From Lentisphaeria bacterium (lineage in GTDB: Bacteria > Verrucomicrobiota > Lentisphaeria > JABSQK01 > JAWLHB01): a stretch of DNA of 64,000 nt. The first letter of the stretch is position 1. Every line of letters starts with the position of its first letter. The translations under genes were made by a program, and so were the position numbers. Shown piece by piece: positions 9,653-19,688 of this stretch. The notes beneath the pieces are model-generated. The model saw only the letters and a list, made by a program, of their open reading frames with translations. It did not search any database and was not told the origin of the DNA. The DNA lies in NCBI GenBank assembly GCA_041690595.1, contig JAWLHB010000015.1, positions 1-64,000 of the forward strand, in the 5' to 3' direction.

Positions 9653-10996
9653 GTGGCCCGCCATTCACGCACTGAAATATTCTGTTCATTCTGTGGACGC
9701 ACTCGCGACGAGGCCCCGCAGATGATTTCCAGCCCTTCCGGGGTCTTTATCTGTTCCGACTGTGTTCGCCTCTGCAGCAACATGGTGCAGGGTTCCGACG
9801 GTGAAACCGCGGAAGACGACAGCGAACAGCTGGCAAGACCGATTACCCGCATTCCGGATCTCGCCGTGCCGAAACCGGCCGAGATCAAGAAGACACTTGA
9901 CGACTATGTCATCGGCCAGGAACGGGTCAAGAAGATCCTGTCGGTGGCTGTTCACAACCATTACAAGCGCCTGCAGTTTCAGCGTTCACAGCAGGGGCGC
10001 AGCGGTCGCCGTGGCGCTGCTGCCCCGGATGTCGAGATCGAGAAGAGCAACGTCATGTTGATCGGGCCGACGGGCTCGGGCAAGACGCTGCTCGCCCGCA
10101 CCCTTGCGCGCATTCTGGATGTGCCCTTTGCCATCTCGGACGCCACCACGCTGACCGAGGCCGGTTACGTCGGTGAAGATGTCGAGAATATCATCCTGCG
10201 CCTGGTGCAGGCAGCGGACTATGACATCGAGCGCGCCCAGATTGGCATTGTCTACGTCGATGAGATCGACAAGATCTCGCGCAAGACGGAGAATGTCTCG
10301 ATCACGCGCGACGTCTCTGGCGAAGGGGTTCAGCAGGCGCTCCTCAAGATCCTGGAAGGAACTGTCGCGAATGTCCCGCCGAAGGGCGGTCGCAAGCATC
10401 CGCACCAGGAGTACCTGCAGGTCGATACCACCAACATCCTCTTCATCTGCGCCGGCGCCTTTGTAGGGCTGGACAAGATCATCATGCGTCGCTCCGGCAA
10501 GCACGTGGTCGGCTTCAAGGTCGATGAAGAGATCGAAGCGACTGGGCGCCCGAAGCTGGTGAATCCAGATGAGCGCGATCAGGTGCTGCAGCATGTGCAG
10601 CCGGAAGATCTTCTGAAGTTCGGTCTGATTCCCGAGTTCATCGGCCGCCTGCCGGTCATTGCCACGCTGCATGAACTGAGCGAGGAAGACCTTGTGAGCA
10701 TCCTGACGGATACGCGCAATGCGGTCACCAAGCAGTACCAGCAGCTCTTTGCCATGGAAGACGTTGAACTCATTTTCTCGGAAGATGGTCTGCGCGCCTT
10801 GGCCAGGAAGGCAGTGGAGCGCGGTACGGGTGCTCGCGGACTGCGGGCCATTATCGAATCGATCATGCTCGACATTATGTTCGAGATCCCTTCGCGGGAC
10901 GATATCGATACCTGCATTGTCGACGCGGCCGTCGTCGAAGGTACAGGTAAGCCGCGGCTCAACGAGAAAGATTCGACGGAGAGCAGCGTCGCATGA
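9653..10996 (+). CDS. clpX: ATP-dependent Clp protease ATP-binding subunit ClpX
   Basis: C4 zinc finger (CSFC...CSDC), [30 protein letters not shown] loop and GARGLR. Confidence 0.98.
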   Translation: MARHSRTEIFCSFCGRTRDEAPQMISSPSGVFICSDCVRLCSNMVQGSDGETAEDDSEQLARPITRIPDLAVPKPAEIKKTLDDYVIGQERVKKILSVAVHNHYKRLQFQRSQQGRSGRRGAAAPDVEIEKSNVMLIGPTGSGKTLLARTLARILDVPFAISDATTLTEAGYVGEDVENIILRLVQAADYDIERAQIGIVYVDEIDKISRKTENVSITRDVSGEGVQQALLKILEGTVANVPPKGGRKHPHQEYLQVDTTNILFICAGAFVGLDKIIMRRSGKHVVGFKVDEEIEATGRPKLVNPDERDQVLQHVQPEDLLKFGLIPEFIGRLPVIATLHELSEEDLVSILTDTRNAVTKQYQQLFAMEDVELIFSEDGLRALARKAVERGTGARGLRAIIESIMLDIMFEIPSRDDIDTCIVDAAVVEGTGKPRLNEKDSTESSVA

Positions 10997-11991
10997 TGAG
11001 ATGTCCGCATATGCTTCTGCTGCTGGCGGCCATCCTGAACGTGAGCCTTGGTTTGGCGACGGTAGCCGCAGCCAGCGAGGTGCGGGCGTCGTCTCCCCAG
11101 GATGCGCCTGCCGATCAGATCGTGGCCGTGGTGAATGACAACGTGATTACCATGGCAGACGTGGTCGGGCAGATGCGTGTCCTGAGCGGCGGCAGTGATC
11201 TTGCCGGCTTGATCAGTGACGAGGATGCAGGTGAGGGCCAGCAGGTTCAGAGGCTCTACCAGGAAGCCATCAAGCAACTGATCAATGAAGAGATGATCTA
11301 CACCGAGGCTCAGCGCAGGCAGTTCGTCATCCCCAGCGAATACATCGAGCGCCAGATCGGGCAGGAGGTCGGGCGGTATGCGGGCGGCGACTGGCAGAAG
11401 TACAGGGAGCTGCTTGGGGAAGCAGGCATGACGCTGGACGAGCGGCGTGAGAAGCTGAGGCGGCAGATCACCGTCCGCCAATTCCTCAACTCCATGATCC
11501 ATCAGCGTGTACAGATTGCGCCCAAGCAGGTGCTTGCCTACTACGAAGCGAACCCCGAGCGGTTCAGCACGACTGGTGAGGTGCGAATGGAAGTCATGGT
11601 CTTGAGCGGCTCGGCCCACGATGAGGCTGCACGAAGCAAGCGTTTCGCCGCCGTTCGCGACGGCGTCGCTCAGGGACGCTCCTTCTTGGAATTGGCGAAG
11701 CAAGAAGGTGATGCCACTGAAAGCAGCTGGCGCAAGCCTGAAGAGCTGCCGCCGGCGATGCGCGATGCCATTGCCAATCTCTCCGCCGGTCAGCTTGCCG
11801 AGCCCTTCGCGATCGGCGACAACTGGTTCTTGATTCATGTCGCCGAGGTCAAGCCTGGCGAAACCCGTACCTTTGAGGATGCACGTGAGCGAATTGCCGC
11901 CATGCTTCGTGCCGAAGAAGGGCAACGGCGCCTCAACGAACTGATGGAACGCCTTCGCCGCCGTACCAGCATCCGCTTTCCAGGTACCTGA
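10993..11991 (+). CDS. SurA/PrsA-like periplasmic chaperone with a parvulin domain
   Basis: Signal peptide, [11 protein letters not shown]urA N-domain, and a divergent parvulin-like segment (FLELAKQ...WFLIHV). Confidence 0.8.
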   Translation: MMRCPHMLLLLAAILNVSLGLATVAAASEVRASSPQDAPADQIVAVVNDNVITMADVVGQMRVLSGGSDLAGLISDEDAGEGQQVQRLYQEAIKQLINEEMIYTEAQRRQFVIPSEYIERQIGQEVGRYAGGDWQKYRELLGEAGMTLDERREKLRRQITVRQFLNSMIHQRVQIAPKQVLAYYEANPERFSTTGEVRMEVMVLSGSAHDEAARSKRFAAVRDGVAQGRSFLELAKQEGDATESSWRKPEELPPAMRDAIANLSAGQLAEPFAIGDNWFLIHVAEVKPGETRTFEDARERIAAMLRAEEGQRRLNELMERLRRRTSIRFPGT

Positions 11992-12021
11992 TCGCGGCTC
12001 TCACCCCTCGCAGGTCCCTTC

Positions 12022-12843
12022 ATGAAGCCTTCGGAGACGATCGCCCTGTTACGCAGGCTTGGCATTCAGCCCAGCCGCAAGCTCGGCCAGAACTTCCTGC
12101 TGGATCAGAACGTCCTCCAGCGGCTGGTGGAGATTGCCGATGTTCAGCGCGACAACCTTGTCGTCGAGATCGGGGCGGGGACCGGCATTCTGACTGAGGC
12201 GCTGCTGGAGACGGGTGTCGAGGTGATCACCATCGAATACGATGTGCGCCTGGCCAAGTATCTCCGCAAGGCGATGGATCATCCGCGTCTGACTCTGATC
12301 GAAGCCGATGCCTGTCGGCTTGACTTCGATCATCTGACTGGCGGCCGCCCCTACGCCTGCATCGCCAATCTTCCCTACTCGATCAGCTCGGTGGTACTCA
12401 GCCGCCTGCTCGAGCTTCATAATCGGCCGACTGGCATGTGTGTGCTGTTGCAGCGCGAGATGGGTGAACGGCTGGCCGCGTCGCCGCGCACCAAAAGCTA
12501 CGGAGCGCTCTCCGTACGGACGCAGGCGCTCTACAAGGTGAAGATCGAGCGCATCGTGCCGCCGACTGTCTTCTTCCCTCCGCCGGAGGTGGAGTCGGCC
12601 GCGGTCAAGCTGACTGCGCGTCCGGATGCTTTGAGCCGCGAAACCTATCTGGGCTTCTCCACGGTCGTCAAGCTGGCCTTCAGCCAGCGTCGCAAGATGC
12701 TTCACAAGATGCTGAAGAGCGCCTGGCCGCTCCCGCGTCTGGACGCCGCCTTCGAGGCGTTGGGGATCGATCAGCGGGTGCGTGCCGAGGAGCTGACCGT
12801 CGAGCAATTTATTGCGCTTCATGAGGCTCTCGCCTCTCAATAG
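12022..12843 (+). CDS. rsmA: 16S rRNA dimethyladenosine transferase RsmA/KsgA
   Basis: LGQNFL, EIGAGTG, ANLPYSISS, FFPPPEVES and FSQRRKML motifs. Confidence 0.96.
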   Translation: MKPSETIALLRRLGIQPSRKLGQNFLLDQNVLQRLVEIADVQRDNLVVEIGAGTGILTEALLETGVEVITIEYDVRLAKYLRKAMDHPRLTLIEADACRLDFDHLTGGRPYACIANLPYSISSVVLSRLLELHNRPTGMCVLLQREMGERLAASPRTKSYGALSVRTQALYKVKIERIVPPTVFFPPPEVESAAVKLTARPDALSRETYLGFSTVVKLAFSQRRKMLHKMLKSAWPLPRLDAAFEALGIDQRVRAEELTVEQFIALHEALASQ

Positions 12844-13709
12844 TGCGGCCCCTTCTCGGGGCTGAGCTTGCGCGCCAGCACCTTCAGGCCGTTCGCCAAT
12901 TCCTGGTCATCGCAGTACCGTTTGAGCGGTTCCGGCTCCAGGCAGCGGCGGATGAAGTCAGCCACGCAGTCCGGCGTCTTGCCTTCCTGCGTCACTGGAA
13001 AGGTGATGTCATAGCCTCCTCTCTTCATGCTGCTCTGAACCGACCCGACGAAGGGCATCTGACCCGTGAAGAGGTTGAAGGCAAGCACCCCGAAGGCAAA
13101 GACGTCCGTGCTGATGGAGATCTGCTTGTCGGTCAGATACTCCGGCGGCACATAGGCCAGGGATCCGCCGAAATGTCGTGGCGCACGGGTCGTCGCGATC
13201 GGCTGGCAGAGGTCGAAATCCGTCAGCTTGACCTGGGGGCGAACGGCGGAGTAAACGACCAGCACGTTTTCCGGCTTGACGTCCAGGTGCAGCCAGCCCG
13301 CGGAATGCACATAGGAAAGCGCCTCGGCAATCTGTTGCAGGATGCAGAGGGGGTGCAGGCGCACCACCGGTTCGCGCCGGAAGATCAGCTGTTTGAGGTT
13401 GGTTCCCGGTATATACTCGATCACCTCATACGGCAGCAGAAAGCCTCCCTCGCCAAGATATTTTACAATGTGCGGATGATCGCCGAGCGCCCGGCGTACC
13501 GCGACGCCGTTTTTGAATTGTCGGCGGATACGCAGCTTCCACTTCAGCCTGTGGTGCAACTCACGGAGCACCACCTGATCGCCGCTGCCGTCGAACGCAT
13601 GGTAGATGCTCGCGATACCTCCATCGTTCAGATGGCTCCCGACGCGTACGCCGTTGCGTGAGATGATGCGGCGATCACTCGGCGCAACGTTTTCGTATGC
13701 CTGTTCCAT
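12837..13709 (-). CDS. Hanks-type Ser/Thr protein kinase with atypical motifs
   Basis: HLDVKPEN, LTDFDL, GSLAYVPPE and DVFAFGV are present. The VAIK lysine is replaced (VVLR). No transmembrane segment. Confidence 0.85.
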   Translation of the reverse strand: MEQAYENVAPSDRRIISRNGVRVGSHLNDGGIASIYHAFDGSGDQVVLRELHHRLKWKLRIRRQFKNGVAVRRALGDHPHIVKYLGEGGFLLPYEVIEYIPGTNLKQLIFRREPVVRLHPLCILQQIAEALSYVHSAGWLHLDVKPENVLVVYSAVRPQVKLTDFDLCQPIATTRAPRHFGGSLAYVPPEYLTDKQISISTDVFAFGVLAFNLFTGQMPFVGSVQSSMKRGGYDITFPVTQEGKTPDCVADFIRRCLEPEPLKRYCDDQELANGLKVLARKLSPEKGPHY

Positions 13710-13771
13710 CAGGTACTGGCTCCCGTATCGATGAGGCTGGTCCCCGCCTTCGCCACCGCTCGTATGTACCT

Positions 13772-13800
13772 ATATTAGCGCATTCGGCATGGCCATACAA
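13772..13800 (-). promoter_or_regulatory. Putative sigma70 promoter for the kinase gene
   Basis: Minus strand TTGTAT-17 bp-TAATAT, about 60 bp above the start codon. Confidence 0.5.
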
Positions 13801-13811
13801 ATCTGCTGGAA

Positions 13812-15182
13812 TCACGTGGCGCGGATGGCGGCAAGCAGCTGGCCATGCACCTCGTTCGCCCGGAGGCTGGATGGAAGTGCCGCATGAGGCGAGATAAGCA
13901 CGGGAAAATCATCGTCACTGGAGGGAATGGCGCCATGGGAGCCACGCACCAGGTGGGGGGCGAGTGGCACCACGTCGAACAAGCCGCGAAAGCCCAGCTT
14001 CTTGCGCAGCAGCTTGGCCCCAATCGCCAGGGTGGGGAAGCGAATGGCCGGATCGACGAATAGCTCCACCGGGTCGTAGCCATATTTGCGATGGATGTCG
14101 ACGCAGCGGGCAAAGTCGGGCGCTCGCGCATCGTCTTCCCAGTAGTACCAGGTGAACCAGGCATCCGCGTGGCTGACCGCCACCAGGTCACCTGTGCGGG
14201 GATGGGCCAGCCCCGCGTCGCGAAGCTCTTCCGGTCCGAGCACGCAGGCCACCTCCGGCGCTTTCTCCAGCAGCGCGCGTACCTCTGCCATCAGCCCATT
14301 GTCGTTCAGATAGACATGGGCAATCTGGTGATCCGCGATGGCGAAGGCACGGCTGGCGCCGCAGTCGAGCAGTTCGCGGCCAAGCTCGTGGCGCACCCTG
14401 ATCCAGCCTTCCTTACGGAAGAGCCGGTTGAGCGCGAGAGAGCGCCGAACCGGGGTAATTGCATACTCCGACAGCACGATCACCTGAACCTCTCGTGCCG
14501 CATAGAATTCAAGTAACTCCCCGACCACGGCGTCGATGGCGGCGAGATCCTGCGCGATCGCCGGATCGTTCGGTCCCAGCCGCTGGAGATTGTAGTCGAG
14601 GTGTGGCAGGTAGACCAGGCTCAGGTCGGGGAGATGCTGCTGCTCGATCCACTTGGCCGAGGCCGCGATCCACTGCGACGAGGCGATGCCCGCCCGGGGT
14701 CCCCAGAAGGCAGGGAAGGGAAACTCCCCCAGCTTCTCCTTGACCTGCTCGCGCAGCTCCGGCGGTTGCGTATAGATGTCGAAGACTTTCCGTCCATCGG
14801 CCGGATACATGGGGCGCGGGGTGATCGACCAATCGGCGCTGCTGTACATGTTGTACCACCAGAAGAGCTTCGCGCAGGTGAACCCCGGCGATTCCCGCCG
14901 AAGGGTCTCCCACAGCTTCTCGCCGCTCATCAAGTGGTTCGACTGCTTCCAGAAGTGATGCTCCGCCAAGGCGCGGTCATACCAGCCGTTCCCGACGATA
15001 CCATGCGCCTCCGGCAGCTTCCCCGTCAGGTAGGTCGCCTGGGCGGAGCAGGTGAGCGCCGGCAGCACTGGCCGTATGCGCGCCTGATTATAGCGTGCCG
15101 CATGAGCTGCCAGGCGGGGCATCCGCTCGTCCAGAAGGCGGGGAGACAAGCCGACGATGTCCAGAATGGCCGTGCGTCTCAT
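13812..15182 (-). CDS. eboF: Alkaline-phosphatase-superfamily nucleotide pyrophosphatase, EboF
   Basis: DIVGL, PALTCSAQAT (Thr nucleophile), HGIVGNGW, YLPHLDY, VDIHRKYGYDPVELF and RGSHG motifs. Last gene of the ebo cluster. Confidence 0.88.
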   Translation of the reverse strand: MRRTAILDIVGLSPRLLDERMPRLAAHAARYNQARIRPVLPALTCSAQATYLTGKLPEAHGIVGNGWYDRALAEHHFWKQSNHLMSGEKLWETLRRESPGFTCAKLFWWYNMYSSADWSITPRPMYPADGRKVFDIYTQPPELREQVKEKLGEFPFPAFWGPRAGIASSQWIAASAKWIEQQHLPDLSLVYLPHLDYNLQRLGPNDPAIAQDLAAIDAVVGELLEFYAAREVQVIVLSEYAITPVRRSLALNRLFRKEGWIRVRHELGRELLDCGASRAFAIADHQIAHVYLNDNGLMAEVRALLEKAPEVACVLGPEELRDAGLAHPRTGDLVAVSHADAWFTWYYWEDDARAPDFARCVDIHRKYGYDPVELFVDPAIRFPTLAIGAKLLRKKLGFRGLFDVVPLAPHLVRGSHGAIPSSDDDFPVLISPHAALPSSLRANEVHGQLLAAIRAT

Positions 15183-16348
15183 AGTGGCGGCGCGTTGCTT
15201 TCGGGCCGCTCGCCCAGTTCGTCGATCGCCGCCATCATCTCCTCCGCGTCGACCTCGTGCACCTCGCGCCCCTGGCCGACGGCTTCCAGAAGCGTGATCG
15301 TCAGCTCTCCGCCGAGATGCTCGCGGAACTCCTCGAGCCCATCGAGAATGACCGGCCGCCCCTGGGAATCACGCTCTGCCAGCAGCGGATGAAAAATCGG
15401 GAAATGGAGATCCGCCATGAGGTTCAGGATGTGCGCGGCCACGTCGCGCGGCAGCATCCCCATGCGCGCGGCGTAGACAATGTCCACCGCCATCCCGACG
15501 GCGACGGCATCGCCATGACCGATTTCGAAGTCGGAGAGCTGTTCCAGCTTGTGCGCGGCCCAGTGCCCGAAGTCGAGTGGACGGGCGGAGCCTGCTTCGA
15601 AGGGATCGCCGCTGCTCGCAATGTGCGCCACGTGCAGCTCCGCGCTGCGCTCGAGGACGGCATGGATGGCCCGCTCCTGAAGATGTCCCAGCGCCTGACG
15701 CTGCTCCGCTATTCGACGATAGAAGGCTTCGTCCCGGATCAACGCTACCTTGAGCGCCTCGACCAGCCCGCCCCGCAGCTCGCGCGGTGGCAGCGACTTG
15801 AGAAAGTCCGTATCGTTGATCACCGCATGCGGAACCTGGAAGGTCCCGACCCAGTTCTTCTTGTGGAAGTAGTTGACCGCGTTCTTGACACCGACCCCGC
15901 CGTCCCCTTGCGCGAGGCTCGTCGTGGGCAGGCGGATCAGGCGAATGCCGCGATGTGCCGTGGCCGCGCCGAAGCCGACAAGATCGAGGAGCGCGCCCCC
16001 ACCCAGCGCCAGCGCAAAAGAGTGGCGGCAGAGTTTCGCCTCATGGATCGTCTCCCACACCCGCTCTACCTGCCGCCAGTCATTCTTGCCGGATTCGCCA
16101 CCGGGAAGTATCACCGGTGGTAACGCCAGGCAAGCCACCTCGCACTGGTCGAACCAGTCGGTGACCGTGTCGATCAGCCCCGGATAGTGGGCCGGGAGCC
16201 CGTCGTCGACAAAGATCACCGCCTGCACCGGCTGTCGCCCCTCTTCGGCCAGCAACCGGGCCAGCAGACCATCGGTCGAGCCGAAGACGGCGCGGGTGAA
16301 AAAAACGCGGTGGCGAGAGCTTATCTGGATGGAAACATCGAGGGCCAT
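15179..16348 (-). CDS. eboD: 3-dehydroquinate-synthase-like sugar-phosphate cyclase, EboD
   Basis: GGESGKN, GGGALLDLVGF, PTTSLAQGDGGVGVKN, RPLDFGHWAAHKLE, HGDAVA and GLEEFREHLGG motifs. Confidence 0.88.
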   Translation of the reverse strand: MALDVSIQISSRHRVFFTRAVFGSTDGLLARLLAEEGRQPVQAVIFVDDGLPAHYPGLIDTVTDWFDQCEVACLALPPVILPGGESGKNDWRQVERVWETIHEAKLCRHSFALALGGGALLDLVGFGAATAHRGIRLIRLPTTSLAQGDGGVGVKNAVNYFHKKNWVGTFQVPHAVINDTDFLKSLPPRELRGGLVEALKVALIRDEAFYRRIAEQRQALGHLQERAIHAVLERSAELHVAHIASSGDPFEAGSARPLDFGHWAAHKLEQLSDFEIGHGDAVAVGMAVDIVYAARMGMLPRDVAAHILNLMADLHFPIFHPLLAERDSQGRPVILDGLEEFREHLGGELTITLLEAVGQGREVHEVDAEEMMAAIDELGERPESNAPPL

Positions 16349-16360
16349 GGTGGCGGGTCT

Positions 16361-17251
16361 TCAGGTTGAGGCGAAATAACGTTGCAGGAAACGGGTAAGC
16401 GGAAAAGCGGCGGCGGGGAGGAAGGCGATGAGCGGTTGACTCACGCTGATGGCGACCGCGTCCAGCAAGCAGATCCCCGCCAGGAGATGCGCCACGCCGA
16501 CGCCGATGTTGAGTGGCGGATCGCGGCGCATCAGTTGAGACGCGCGATGGACGACGTAGAAGAATATGCACGGAAAAAGGACCACGTACCAGTGGCGCGC
16601 CGGCAAATCATGCGCACCCCAGAGCCACAGGGCAATCGGCAGCAGGAAGAGGATCAGCGTCCAGCCCGCGTGCTTTCCGTCGGGTATGCTCTCCGCGCGA
16701 GCCGAGATGCTGACGGCAACAATATAGACGAAGAGCGCCCCCGCCCACAAAAGCACGGCGCTGTTCAGCTCCCGCCCCGGCAGCGTCGCCGGAATGATGT
16801 ACAACATGACGCGACACAACCCCATGATCCCCACGCTGCCGCTCCACTCCTTGTGGATCGCATTGTAGGCAATGATCAGCCCCGTCAGCAGCGCCACGGC
16901 AAGAAGCGACGCTCCGGCGACGATGGTCAGCAGCAGGGCACCCAGCACCAGCTGCGTCACGCCCAGGACCCAGACGGTTCGCAGCGTCAGCATGCCCATC
17001 GGCAGCGGGCGCTCGGGCCGATACTCCCGGTCAAAATCGTGGTCGAAGGCATCGTTGAGGGTTGTTCCCGCCATGTACATGAGGCTGGTCCCCATCAGCA
17101 GCGCTCCAGTAGCGCGCCAGAGCGGCCAGCCGAGATCCGGGTAGGCTCCACCGGCCAGCCACCAGGCCACCATGCAGTTCGTCCATACCGTCGGCAGGTT
17201 TGCCACCCGGCCGAGGTCGAGCAGCATCTTCACCATGCGCGCCATGCTCAT
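16361..17251 (-). CDS. eboC: UbiA-family prenyltransferase, EboC
   Basis: RVANLPT, NDAFDHDFD (NDxxDxxxD), RPERPLP and YNAIHK motifs, with multiple TM helices. Confidence 0.88.
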   Translation of the reverse strand: MSMARMVKMLLDLGRVANLPTVWTNCMVAWWLAGGAYPDLGWPLWRATGALLMGTSLMYMAGTTLNDAFDHDFDREYRPERPLPMGMLTLRTVWVLGVTQLVLGALLLTIVAGASLLAVALLTGLIIAYNAIHKEWSGSVGIMGLCRVMLYIIPATLPGRELNSAVLLWAGALFVYIVAVSISARAESIPDGKHAGWTLILFLLPIALWLWGAHDLPARHWYVVLFPCIFFYVVHRASQLMRRDPPLNIGVGVAHLLAGICLLDAVAISVSQPLIAFLPAAAFPLTRFLQRYFAST

Positions 17252-18441
17252 CAGGCAGTCCTTTGCGGCGCCAGCCCCCGCTCTGCCAGTTCCGCCAGCG
17301 TCCAGTCATACTCACGGCAAAGCTGATCCACAACCGATTGGCTCTTCAGTTCGCCGGGCAGCACGCCCCATGTATAGGTCTCCATCTCCAGGTGATGGCA
17401 GCTCCCCGGATGATCGCGCAGCCAGTCGAGCGCTCCCCGCAGATGATCGCGCGTATCGCCAAGTGGCGGCGCGGGCGCGGCATGAAGCGGAATGTGGAAG
17501 TGCACGCGCCACTCCTCGCCGCAGTCGAAACCCGGTTTCCTGGCTCTGTCGAGCGCATCCGTGAGGTCGGGCAGGCGGAAGATCACTTTGCCATCCCGAG
17601 CGCCGATCACCTGATGCAGGTAGACAGGTTCGGCAAATGTGGCCAGCGCGGCATGATGACGCTGTGGATCAACCAGACGCAGGGCGCTGCTCAGGTGCAG
17701 TTTGCCAATCCGGATGCCGTTATCGTACAGGCGGTCCAGCGCCTCTGTCGACTCCTCGAATTCACATGCCAGGTGGCAGGTGTCATAGTTGATGCCGATG
17801 CGCCGCCGGAGACGCTCGGCGCCGCCGCTGTGCAGGCCATCCACGAGGGTGTCGAAGAAGTCGACGGCTTCGGCGGTGGTCTCGATGGTGCAGAGCGGCT
17901 CGGGCTCGAGGGCCAGATGAAGATCCTGCCCGGTTTGATCGCAGATGCGCTCAAGGCTGTCGGCGCAATGTCGCAGATGCTTGATGACCTCGGCGCGATG
18001 GTCGCCATCGCTGGCGAAGGCCTTGAAGCTGACGGGCACGGTGCTGACGCTGCCGTCAATGCCTGTCGGCAGGATCGCTGAGAGAATGTCGAAGAGGCGC
18101 AAGGTATAGCCCAGTCGCTCCGGCATGGCCCAGTCTGGCGCGTAGACCTGCTCCTTCACCCGTTTGCCGTGAAAGCTGCCGTAGGGGAAGCCGTTGATAG
18201 TGAAGACATAGCAGTTGTGCCTCTCCAGCCAGCCGCGAAAGGCCTCCAGCTCACCGCCATGAAGATCCTCGGCTGTCTGTGCACCCAGGCGCAGGCCGAT
18301 CGCGTAAGGCTCACCCGCGGGGCTGACGCGATCCCGGACCGGCAGCACGAACTGCTCCAGGGAGGTCAGCGTCGCCGGCCACGATTCGCCGGCGTGTATG
18401 TTGGTACAGTAGGCGAGATGAAGATCTGTACCAAGCTGCAT
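17251..18441 (-). CDS. eboE: TIM-barrel metabolite traffic protein EboE
   Basis: Start MQLG at 18441 (TGATG overlap). Motifs YCTNIHAGE, TINGFPYGSFH, VKEQVYAPDW, LEPEP, DTCH, YLHQ, RVHFHIPL and EMETYTW. Confidence 0.92.
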   Translation of the reverse strand: MQLGTDLHLAYCTNIHAGESWPATLTSLEQFVLPVRDRVSPAGEPYAIGLRLGAQTAEDLHGGELEAFRGWLERHNCYVFTINGFPYGSFHGKRVKEQVYAPDWAMPERLGYTLRLFDILSAILPTGIDGSVSTVPVSFKAFASDGDHRAEVIKHLRHCADSLERICDQTGQDLHLALEPEPLCTIETTAEAVDFFDTLVDGLHSGGAERLRRRIGINYDTCHLACEFEESTEALDRLYDNGIRIGKLHLSSALRLVDPQRHHAALATFAEPVYLHQVIGARDGKVIFRLPDLTDALDRARKPGFDCGEEWRVHFHIPLHAAPAPPLGDTRDHLRGALDWLRDHPGSCHHLEMETYTWGVLPGELKSQSVVDQLCREYDWTLAELAERGLAPQRTA

Positions 18442-19256
18442 CAGCGGAGATCCGGTTCCAAGGTGAAGTGGGGTGACTGCGCCATGAAGCTGTAGGGGTT
18501 GCCATAGACGATGTCGTCGATCCTCGCGTCGCTGAAGCCGCGGCGGCGCATCTCGAGCACCGTCTCCTTGACGGCCAGCGGCCGGCTGACGCCCCAATCG
18601 CACGCGCTGTTGATCCACAGGCGCTCGTGGCCGTGCGTCTCGATGATGTCCACCGCGCGCTGGGGTGTACATTTGGAGTCCGGGTAGAGGGTCAGTCCTG
18701 CCCAGAATCCCGCGTCGAGTGCCAGCCTCACCGTGTGCTCCTCCACGTGGTCGATGATGACCCGCTCTGGCTGCACCCCGGCGTGATTACGCAAGGCATC
18801 CACGATGATCCGGGTCCCCTTCAGCTTGTCCTCCAAGTGCGGCGTATGCACCAGGATCAACTGCTGATGACGCACCGCCAGCTCGATGTGCATCTCCAGC
18901 ACCTCGAGCTCGTTGCGCGTGTTCTTGTTGAGCCCGATCTCGCCGATCCCCAGGACCGTCGGCCGGTCGAGAAAGTCGGGGATCATGGCCACCACATCGC
19001 GCGCCAGCGCCAGATCCTCGGCTTCCTTAGGATTGATGCACAGCCAGCAGTAGTGCGGCAGGTGAAATTTGGCGGCTCGCTTGGGCTCGAAGTCAGTCAA
19101 CTGGTGGAAGTAATCGCGGAAACCATCCGCGGAGCAACGGTCGAAGCCGGCCCAGAAGGCAGGCTCGCTTACCGCGCGACAACCGGCATGCACCAGGGTC
19201 AGATAATCGTCGGTGGTGCGGCTGACCATGTGCACGTGTGGTTCGATATAACGCAT
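18441..19256 (-). CDS. eboB: TatD-family hydrolase, EboB
   Basis: [31 protein letters not shown] and NSACDWG motifs. Confidence 0.9.
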   Translation of the reverse strand: MRYIEPHVHMVSRTTDDYLTLVHAGCRAVSEPAFWAGFDRCSADGFRDYFHQLTDFEPKRAAKFHLPHYCWLCINPKEAEDLALARDVVAMIPDFLDRPTVLGIGEIGLNKNTRNELEVLEMHIELAVRHQQLILVHTPHLEDKLKGTRIIVDALRNHAGVQPERVIIDHVEEHTVRLALDAGFWAGLTLYPDSKCTPQRAVDIIETHGHERLWINSACDWGVSRPLAVKETVLEMRRRGFSDARIDDIVYGNPYSFMAQSPHFTLEPDLR

Positions 19257-19289
19257 GTTGAACGGCGGGTTCGTGGTTGCGGATAATGG

Positions 19290-19580
19290 TCAGAGTTCAG
19301 GCCAGACGCCGATGGCGCCCTGTCCGGGAGAGTGCGCCAGCGGTTCGGTGGTGGGGTCGCTGAGCGCTTCGAGAATCCGGCGCGCCTTGTCGTGGCGATC
19401 GTCGGCCAGAATGCCGATGGCGACCTGGATCGCCTTGTGGCGAACGTCCCCCGACTCGCCATGGCGCTGCAGGCGGTCCAGATAAGCGGCAATGTCGATG
19501 GCCTTGGCGCGCGCATCGGCAAAATGCAAGTGCGTCATCTTCAGCGGTTTGTTCGTGCTTTCTTGAGGTGCGGGTGGCAT
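19290..19580 (-). CDS. Small helical hypothetical protein, first gene of the ebo operon
   Basis: 96 aa (FADARAKAIDIAAYLDRL...LSDPTTEP...GVW). Sits between the promoter and eboB, on the same strand. Confidence 0.75.
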   Translation of the reverse strand: MPPAPQESTNKPLKMTHLHFADARAKAIDIAAYLDRLQRHGESGDVRHKAIQVAIGILADDRHDKARRILEALSDPTTEPLAHSPGQGAIGVWPEL

Positions 19581-19627
19581 GTTCGGCCAGAGGTTCGAGA
19601 TGGAAGGAGTACGAAATCGATCAACTC

Positions 19628-19656
19628 ACTTAAACGCGTCTCTTGTCATTCGTCAA
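19628..19656 (-). promoter_or_regulatory. Putative sigma70 promoter of the ebo operon
   Basis: Minus strand TTGACG-17 bp-TTAAGT in the enolase/ebo gap. Confidence 0.45.
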
Positions 19657-19688
19657 ACGCAACCGGGCTGAAAGTTGCGACCCGATTC

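Noticed and set aside
15179..16348. Housekeeping aroB
   Set aside because: It is embedded in the ebo operon with EboD-type motifs, and no aroK/aroC is nearby.
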